From: Natribaculum luteum
GTDB lineage: Archaea; Halobacteriota; Halobacteria; Halobacteriales; Natrialbaceae
NCBI RefSeq assembly: GCF_023008545.1
Contig: NZ_CP095397.1
Location: forward strand, 2,715,199 to 2,779,198
Length of the DNA stretch: 64,000 nucleotides
Direction: 5' to 3'
The position numbers were made by a program, and so were the translations under genes. Positions 58,137-64,000 of this stretch are shown piece by piece. Every line of letters begins with the position of its first letter. Positions within the stretch are counted from its first letter, which is position 1. The notes below the pieces were generated by a model. That model had not been told where the DNA came from, made no database searches, and saw nothing but the letters and a program-made list of their open reading frames with translations.

Positions 58137-58784
58137 ATGCCGCGCGCGAAGCTGTCGATCACCGTTCCTCGAGAAACGTGGATTCACGACGTCTCGACGA
58201 CGTATCCGGACGCCGTTTTCCGGGTCGTCACGCTGCTGGCCGGCGAACGAACGGGCATCGGGCTCGTCGAAGTGCGGACGGACGAGTCACTCCCGGTCAT
58301 CACCGCCATCGATCGGAGCGAAGACGTCGTCGAGTTGGACCTCCTCTGGAAGCACGACGAGACCGCGCTGTTGCAACTCGAGACGACGAGCCCGCCGCTG
58401 CTCCTGCCGGTGTGGCAGGCGAGCGTCCCGATCGAGATGCCCTTCGAGATCCGGGACGGCACGGCGACGTGGCAGCTGACGACGTCGTCGGCGCGTCTGT
58501 CCGACCTCGGAACGCGACTCGAGGACGCCGGCATTTCGTACGACATCGAGTACGTCCACGAACTCGGGACCAACCAGGCCGATCGAATCCTGACGGACAG
58601 ACAGCGAGAACTCCTCCTGGCGGCAGTCGACGGCGGATACTACGCGACGCCTCGGGAGACGACCCTCACCGGGGTGGCGGACGACCTCGGCATCTCGAAG
58701 GCGACCTGTAGCGACGTCCTCCACCGCGCAGAGGGGAGTATCATCTCCTGGTTCGTCGACGAATATCTCCTGAACGTGAGTTAA
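58137..58784 (+). CDS. HTH_10 (Bat-like) family transcription regulator.
   Basis: C-terminal TDRQRELLLAAVDGGYYATPRETTLTGVADDLGISKATCSDVLHRAEGSII. Confidence 0.75.
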   Translation: MPRAKLSITVPRETWIHDVSTTYPDAVFRVVTLLAGERTGIGLVEVRTDESLPVITAIDRSEDVVELDLLWKHDETALLQLETTSPPLLLPVWQASVPIEMPFEIRDGTATWQLTTSSARLSDLGTRLEDAGISYDIEYVHELGTNQADRILTDRQRELLLAAVDGGYYATPRETTLTGVADDLGISKATCSDVLHRAEGSIISWFVDEYLLNVS

Positions 58785-58814
58785 TCCGCGTCTCGAGTCG
58801 GATCGCGGCTGCGA

Positions 58815-59042
58815 TCACTTCACCCGGAACGGGTTGTCGTCCTGGTCTTCGTCCTCGTCGCCGCCTTCGTCCGCCTCGCTCTCGTACGTCTTTCGCGCCG
58901 TAATGGTCACCGTCGCTTCGGGATTGCTCTCGTCGGCCCAGGGACTGTCGTACGCCGAGAGCTCGACGTCCGTCACCTCCCAGTCGTCCGCTTCGACGAG
59001 TTCGACCAGGCGATGCTGGTCTGCGAGCATGTCGTCGTCCAT
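58815..59042 (-). CDS. Small highly acidic protein of 75 aa.
   Basis: The ORF lies between two convergent HTH_10 regulator genes. It carries a DEDEDQDD tail. Support is weak. Confidence 0.3.
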   Translation of the reverse strand: MDDDMLADQHRLVELVEADDWEVTDVELSAYDSPWADESNPEATVTITARKTYESEADEGGDEDEDQDDNPFRVK

Positions 59043-59111
59043 AGGCGTCGTTAGACGTCACGAGGGGTAGCTGTTGTGCCAGCGACGAGGACTGCCGACT
59101 CCGAACCGCGG

Positions 59112-59816
59112 CTAGCGTTGGCCACTCTGGAAGCGGTCGCTCGAGTCGCCCTCGTCCGGGGGACCGACCTCGATCGCGTCTTCGACGAGCGTCCGGTGTG
59201 CGCGCCGAAGCCGTTCGGACAGCGCCTGGTGAGAGATCCCGAGTTCGTCGGAGAGGCCTTCCATGTCGACCTCGCGCGGGATCTGGTAGTAGCCTCGCTG
59301 GAGTGCCGTCACGAGCGTCTCGTGTTGGGCGTCGGTGAGCCCGTACCGGCCGTGTCGATCCTCGTTCAGTTCGTGGATCTTCTCGATGTCGAGCTGGAGG
59401 CCCCGGTCGGTCACGAAGTCGTAGGTCCGCGAGAGTGCGTCACGCTCGGGAAAGAGGATCCGGAGCCGCCACCGGTGGGCGTTGCCCGAGGCGTCGAGGA
59501 TCGTCGCTTCCTCCTCGGTGAGCACGTGGACGATCACCGCGACGTCTTCGACCCAGCTCATCCGGTAGAGGCGCTCGTCGTCGAGGTCGGTGAGCAGTTC
59601 CATGTCTTCGACGCTCGGATCTGCCTCGAGCACCTCGTCGAGGTCGGCCAGGTCCGACTCGCCGTCCGAGAACCAGACGTACGGCATGACGCGGTCCTGT
59701 TCGTGGGCGACGACTCGCTCGACCTCGACGTCGATCCCGGATACCGACTCGAGCGTTCGTCGGAGCGCGAACTCCTCGGTCGGGATCGCGAGTTCGGCGA
59801 TCGTACTCGTTCCCAT
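59112..59816 (-). CDS. HTH_10 (Bat-like) family transcription regulator.
   Basis: TDAQHETLVTALQRGYYQIPREVDMEGLSDELGISHQALSERLRRAHRTL. It is a paralog of 40829..41503. Confidence 0.75.
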   Translation of the reverse strand: MGTSTIAELAIPTEEFALRRTLESVSGIDVEVERVVAHEQDRVMPYVWFSDGESDLADLDEVLEADPSVEDMELLTDLDDERLYRMSWVEDVAVIVHVLTEEEATILDASGNAHRWRLRILFPERDALSRTYDFVTDRGLQLDIEKIHELNEDRHGRYGLTDAQHETLVTALQRGYYQIPREVDMEGLSDELGISHQALSERLRRAHRTLVEDAIEVGPPDEGDSSDRFQSGQR

Positions 59817-59960
59817 CGGGCACGTACGACCACGCCTGCGAATAAAGAGCCACGGGGCCGATCCGTCCGGACGCCCCGACCGTCCCGATTCGAACACCGT
59901 CAGATCTGCCGACTATTTCGAAACCAGTTTCGGTTATCGAAGTGCGGGTTCCCCCAACGT

Positions 59961-59970
59961 ATTTAATTAG
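59961..59970 (+). promoter_or_regulatory. TATA candidate (atttaattag) for moaA.
   Basis: Centred at about -27 from ATG 59992. Confidence 0.4.
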
Positions 59971-59991
59971 TTTCGACTGCAACAGGGTGAC

Positions 59992-60951
59992 ATGCTCACC
60001 GACGACTTCGGGCGCGAGGTGACCGGGGTTCGCGTCTCGCTCACCGATCGGTGTAACTTCGATTGCGTCTACTGTCACAACGAGGGACTGGGGGACACGC
60101 GCGGTCCGATGGAACCACAGGACGACGAGATGAGCACCGACGACGTCGTTCGCTTCCTCGAGGTCGCCGCCGAGTTCGACGTCGACGCGGTCAAGTTCAC
60201 CGGCGGGGAACCGATGCTCCGGGAGGACCTGGAGGAGATCATCGAACGCACGCCGGACTCGATGGAGGTATCGCTGACGACCAACGGGACGTTCCTGCCG
60301 GGCCGCGCGGAGGCGCTCGTCGACGCCGGACTCGAGCGGGTCAACGTCTCCCAGGACGCCCTCGAGCCCGAGGCGTTCGCCGAGATCACCAAGAGCGGGG
60401 CCTACGACAGGGTGATCGAGGGCGTGGAGGCGGCACTCGAGGCGGGGCTCGACCCCGTGAAGCTCAACATGGTTGTCTTCGAGCACACGGCGGGCTACGT
60501 GCCGGGGATGGTCGACCACGTCGCAGAGAACGACGGCCTCCAGCTCCAGCTCATCGAGTACATGCCCGAACTGACCGGCAAGCCGGAGTGGGCGATCGAC
60601 ATCGAACGCGTCCACGACTGGCTCGCCGAGCAGGCCGACGAGGTCGAACACCGGGAGATGCACGACCGAAAGCGCTACTGGGTAAACGGGGGTATGGTCG
60701 AGATCGTCGATCCCGTCGAGAACCCCACCTTCTGTGCGAACTGCCACCGCGTCCGGGTGACGCACAACGGCTACCTGAAGGGCTGTCTCAACCGCAACGA
60801 CGACCTGCGCCCGATGGGCGAGATGACCAAACCGGAGATCCGCGAGGCGTTCCGCGAAACCGTGGCCAATCGCGTCCCCTACTACGGCGAGTACATGGTC
60901 CGCGGCGACGACGGCGAGTGGGAACTCAACGACGAGTACATCGGCGTCTAG
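59992..60951 (+). CDS. moaA: GTP 3',8-cyclase (molybdenum cofactor biosynthesis protein A), radical SAM.
   Basis: CNFDCVYC radical-SAM cluster and C-terminal [19 protein letters not shown] auxiliary cluster. Confidence 0.9.
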   Translation: MLTDDFGREVTGVRVSLTDRCNFDCVYCHNEGLGDTRGPMEPQDDEMSTDDVVRFLEVAAEFDVDAVKFTGGEPMLREDLEEIIERTPDSMEVSLTTNGTFLPGRAEALVDAGLERVNVSQDALEPEAFAEITKSGAYDRVIEGVEAALEAGLDPVKLNMVVFEHTAGYVPGMVDHVAENDGLQLQLIEYMPELTGKPEWAIDIERVHDWLAEQADEVEHREMHDRKRYWVNGGMVEIVDPVENPTFCANCHRVRVTHNGYLKGCLNRNDDLRPMGEMTKPEIREAFRETVANRVPYYGEYMVRGDDGEWELNDEYIGV

Positions 60952-61048
60952 TTCTGTTCCGATTCAGTTACGCCCCCGGACGTCTCGGCTACTGGCCGTC
61001 CGTTATCGACGGCGCGGACGTCCCGGTCCGCTACCGACGACGCGAGTC

Positions 61049-61573
61049 CTACCGGCGAGCGCCGTCGCGCCGAACGCGATCCGTGCCCAGGCCGATCGTG
61101 ACGAGGATCGCCGCGGTCAACAACAGGACGACAGCCGCGACCGGCTGGCCGCCGCCGGCGACGACGTACGCCGCGTACCCGATCGTCGCCGACGCCAGCC
61201 CGACCAGCAGACTCGAGCCGGCGTGGACGGCCTCGAGTCGCCACGTGTCCGCCTCGCGGCCGAGTTGCTCGCCGAGGTCGACCGCACTCTGACCGCAGTC
61301 CCACGCGAGGACCGTTCCGACGGTTCCGAGCAAGGTCGCCTCGACGGAGCCTCCGGCGAGCCCACCCGTGACGACGCCGAGAAAGAGCGCGAGAGCGCCG
61401 ATGTCGACGGCACGCCGGCGTCCTCGAGTCACCCCGACGGTAACGACGCCGACGCCGGCGAACCCGAAAACGAGCCCGGACGTCGAACTGGCGCTGGCGG
61501 CGAGGGCGACGACCGCCGCGACGACCGCGACCGCGCTCCCGACTGTCGTCGGCCGGCGGGTGATCTCGCTCAC
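61049..61573 (-). CDS. Hypothetical membrane protein, the third gene of the DUF4129-DUF58 module.
   Basis: Four or five TM helices. It overlaps the DUF58 gene stop by 4 nt. Confidence 0.4.
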   Translation of the reverse strand: MSEITRRPTTVGSAVAVVAAVVALAASASSTSGLVFGFAGVGVVTVGVTRGRRRAVDIGALALFLGVVTGGLAGGSVEATLLGTVGTVLAWDCGQSAVDLGEQLGREADTWRLEAVHAGSSLLVGLASATIGYAAYVVAGGGQPVAAVVLLLTAAILVTIGLGTDRVRRDGARR

Positions 61574-63537
61574 CGGCGACCACCGGCGTTCGTCCGGGCG
61601 AACGCCTCGTCGATCGTCTCGTCGGCCTGCCAGTCGACGACCGGAACGCCGGCGCGCTGGAGGTCGAACCGCCGGATGCGACGGCCGACGCGCGCGAGTT
61701 GCTGGCTCGTCGTCCGGTCTGTCGTCGGATCGGGACTGACGACCGTGACCGCGTGCCCGCGAGCGTCGAGCCGTCTCGCTACGTCCACCGATCCCTGGTC
61801 ACAGAGCGGCGTGAGCAAGACGATCTGTGTCCCGGCCGACAGCCGCCGACGGATCGCCCGCAACTGCCCGAGCCAGTTCGACTGGCGCACGGGCGGTAGC
61901 GTCGAGAACTGCGGATGGGTCGCAAGCGACTCGCGCAGCCGTTCCCGGTGGTGGCGACCCGACGACGGCGCGAGCCAGCACGGTTCGTCCGCGTCGGAGC
62001 CGTCCGGACGTGACGTCGGTCCGAGCGCCGCGAGACCGACCGCGTCGCCGTCCTCGAGCAGCGAGGCCGCGATGCGACCCGCGGCCTCGACCGAGCGGTC
62101 GACCGCGTGGGCGGCGTCGGGTTCCGGGGCGAGGTAAGCCGCCTCGCGCGCGTCGACGAGGACGAGCACGCGGGCCGCCCGTTCCTCGTGGAACTCGAGG
62201 GTCGCGAGGTCGCCGGTCCGGGCGTGGCGGTTCCAGTCGACGCGGTTCAGCGGATCGGTCTTGCGGTACTCCCGGACGGAGTGAAACTCGGTCCCGGAGC
62301 CGCCGTCGGCGGTCGAGAGCCGACCGGCGAACGTCGCCGCCGCAGCCCGGAGCGGGACCGGTGTCGCCGTCGGACGCGAGACCGGTTCGCTGACGAGCGT
62401 CGTCTCCTCGGCGACGAGCGTCTCGCGCTCGGTCGCACGCGAGAGGTCGCGGGTGAGTACGAGCGCTGGATCGAACGTGTGCCTGCCGCGGCGGGCGGTG
62501 ACGGTGTACTCGAGCGTGACCGACTCGCCGGGACGGAGGGCGGTGCCGAGTCGCGCGGAGCCGTCGGTCACGGACAGGCCGGACGGAACGCCGTCGACGA
62601 ACCGGAGGTCTGGCAGCAGCGTCCCGCCCTCGTTGGTGATCGTCACCGTAACCGCGACCTCGTCGCCGGGTTCCGGCGAGTCGTCGCCCGTCGTCCGCTC
62701 GAGGTCGATCTCGGGGACCGGCGGTTCGCTCGTCCGCGCGAAGCCCGCGTAGCCGATGCCGACGACGCCTGCGAGGACGACCGCCGACGATTCGGCGAGC
62801 GCGCCGAGACCGATCGCGAGGAGGGCGACGGTCCCGATCCCGACCCAGTAGCCCGTCGACCGACTCGTCCGGGTCGCCGTCCCGGTGACGGCGTCGGACG
62901 TCGTTCGAGTGGTGACCGACTCGCGTTCGGCGTCGTACCGGGGGAGTGTCACCGTCCCGGGCGACTCGTCGCGACTGGCGTCGGCGTACCCGATCGACGC
63001 GACGGCGGCGGCGGTCCGTCGCACGCCGGTCCGGAACGTCGACGTCCTGCCGAGCGTCGCGGCGATTCGCTCTCGAAGCGGACGTCCTGGCTCCTCGAGG
63101 GTCGGCGAGAGGAAAGCCGCGGCGTGTGGGTCGTCGGTCCACGTCCCGTCTTCGATCCGTTCGCGGGCTTCGTCGGCCGAGAGCCCTTCGAACCGCGTCA
63201 GGACGGCGGCAGCCGCGCTGCGCAGTCCGGCGGTGATCCGGCGAGTCGTGGGCGTGAACCCGAACTCGCTCGAGCGAAACTGGTCGACCGTCTCGAGGAG
63301 GTCGTCACCGGGGACCGGAACGTGCCGCCGACGCTCGGGATCGGGCGTCTCGGTCCGATCGACGGTCGTCCGTCGCCGGAACGTCGCGCTCGCCGCCACG
63401 AAGACGGCAAGGATACCGACGAGCGGAATCGTTCCCTGGACCATCCCGACCGCGACGACGCCCGCGAGGACGGCGACGGCACCGGCGAACGCGAGGACGC
63501 CGCCCAGGAGGGCGAGCGAGCGGCGACTCGCGCTCAC
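61570..63537 (-). CDS. DUF58 domain protein (MoxR-associated, VWA-like) with N-terminal TM helices.
   Basis: EFHSVREYRKTDPLNRVDWNRHARTGDLATLEFHEERAARVLVLVD is the DUF58 signature. Confidence 0.75.
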   Translation of the reverse strand: MSASRRSLALLGGVLAFAGAVAVLAGVVAVGMVQGTIPLVGILAVFVAASATFRRRTTVDRTETPDPERRRHVPVPGDDLLETVDQFRSSEFGFTPTTRRITAGLRSAAAAVLTRFEGLSADEARERIEDGTWTDDPHAAAFLSPTLEEPGRPLRERIAATLGRTSTFRTGVRRTAAAVASIGYADASRDESPGTVTLPRYDAERESVTTRTTSDAVTGTATRTSRSTGYWVGIGTVALLAIGLGALAESSAVVLAGVVGIGYAGFARTSEPPVPEIDLERTTGDDSPEPGDEVAVTVTITNEGGTLLPDLRFVDGVPSGLSVTDGSARLGTALRPGESVTLEYTVTARRGRHTFDPALVLTRDLSRATERETLVAEETTLVSEPVSRPTATPVPLRAAAATFAGRLSTADGGSGTEFHSVREYRKTDPLNRVDWNRHARTGDLATLEFHEERAARVLVLVDAREAAYLAPEPDAAHAVDRSVEAAGRIAASLLEDGDAVGLAALGPTSRPDGSDADEPCWLAPSSGRHHRERLRESLATHPQFSTLPPVRQSNWLGQLRAIRRRLSAGTQIVLLTPLCDQGSVDVARRLDARGHAVTVVSPDPTTDRTTSQQLARVGRRIRRFDLQRAGVPVVDWQADETIDEAFARTNAGGRR

Positions 63538-64000
63538 GGCTCGTCACCACGCGTTCCCGTCGGTTCGTCGTCTTCGTCGGCGTACGTCGCCTCGATCTCC
63601 CGCAGGACGGCGATGGCCCGCGACTCCAGCTCTGCGGTCGGTTCCGCGTGGCCGTATCGGACGTCCTCGAACAGCCGAGTGAGTTCGTTCACGTGCGCGC
63701 GATCCATCCCTGCTTCGACTGCAGCGGTCGCGAACTCGCCTGGCGTGCTCGTCTCGGGTCGGTCGACCTCGAGGAGTCGAGTCATGTCGCGCCAGGTGCG
63801 GTAGATCTCGTTGTCGAGGGTATCGGACGCGTCGTCGCCCTCGATCCGTTCGGCCGCCTGGCCGGCGGCGGCACCGACTGCGGCGACGTCCTCGTCCGTG
63901 AGGTCTGAGTCGGTGTCGACGGTCACGTCTCGTTCGTCGTCGCGACTGACGACGAGCGCGCCTGCGAAGATTGCGGCGACGACCGCGAGGACGGCGAAGA
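63534..64000 (-). CDS. DUF4129-like domain protein. It is partial: the N-terminus lies beyond the window end.
   Basis: YRTWRDMTRLL ... LFEDVRYG motif pair. The reading frame stays open to the window edge, with hydrophobic residues suggesting N-terminal TM segments. Confidence 0.45.
   Translation of the reverse strand, partial: FAVLAVVAAIFAGALVVSRDDERDVTVDTDSDLTDEDVAAVGAAAGQAAERIEGDDASDTLDNEIYRTWRDMTRLLEVDRPETSTPGEFATAAVEAGMDRAHVNELTRLFEDVRYGHAEPTAELESRAIAVLREIEATYADEDDEPTGTRGDEP

Overview
This is a high-GC haloarchaeal chromosomal window whose proteins are acidic and Asp/Glu-rich. It is dense with housekeeping and metabolic genes; I found no tRNA or rRNA genes, CRISPR arrays or insertion sequences. 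The main coding content, in order, is:
- 0-6 kb: a TAT-exported molybdopterin oxidoreductase operon in ttrBCA order (FeS subunit, NrfD-like membrane subunit, roughly 1100-aa Mo subunit, then a partial TorD-like chaperone), with a PAS/GAF HTH_10 (Bat/DmsR-like) regulator transcribed divergently.
- 8-13 kb: thioredoxin, a quinone-oxidoreductase-like medium-chain dehydrogenase/reductase (MDR) family protein and formate-tetrahydrofolate ligase.
- 13-17 kb: a D-2-hydroxyacid dehydrogenase, a universal stress protein, aspartate-semialdehyde dehydrogenase, ribosomal protein S17e and a Na+/H+ antiporter.
- 17-31 kb: an XPB helicase with its Bax1 nuclease, EF-1alpha, a NOL1/NOP2/Sun RNA methyltransferase whose RsmF-like C-terminal domain is a separate overlapping gene, geranylgeranyl reductase, an aldo/keto reductase and a PAPS-reductase-like protein.
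- 31-35 kb: an SPFH/band-7 protein, a membrane zinc-ribbon protein and a patatin-like phospholipase in a row.
- 35-43 kb: monothiol glutaredoxin, a PQQ/SGDH-type lipoprotein, a glucose-dehydrogenase plus GfcR-like pair, a DHDPS-family protein and several HTH_10 regulators.
- 43-56 kb: amidohydrolase, Zn-ADH, panB, CDC48, Bcp, a GINS plus PriS pair, and archease plus RtcB.
- 56-64 kb: moaA and a DUF4129/DUF58 MoxR-type module.

The most unusual signal is non-coding. There are two related families of long nested-palindrome elements, about 90-120 bp each: five 'B' copies and two 'A' copies. They share the terminal inverted repeat CTGATAC...GTATCAG and sit immediately 3' of genes. In at least five cases the TGA inside the element's terminal CTGATAC is the stop codon of the upstream ORF. 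Because the element is symmetric, this happens for genes approaching from either side. Shorter hairpins that also begin with cTGAtac or cTGAtcc follow two further genes. Many operon junctions use 4-nt ATGA or GTGA overlaps. The long Arg-rich antisense ORFs in the six-frame track are GC-content artefacts.
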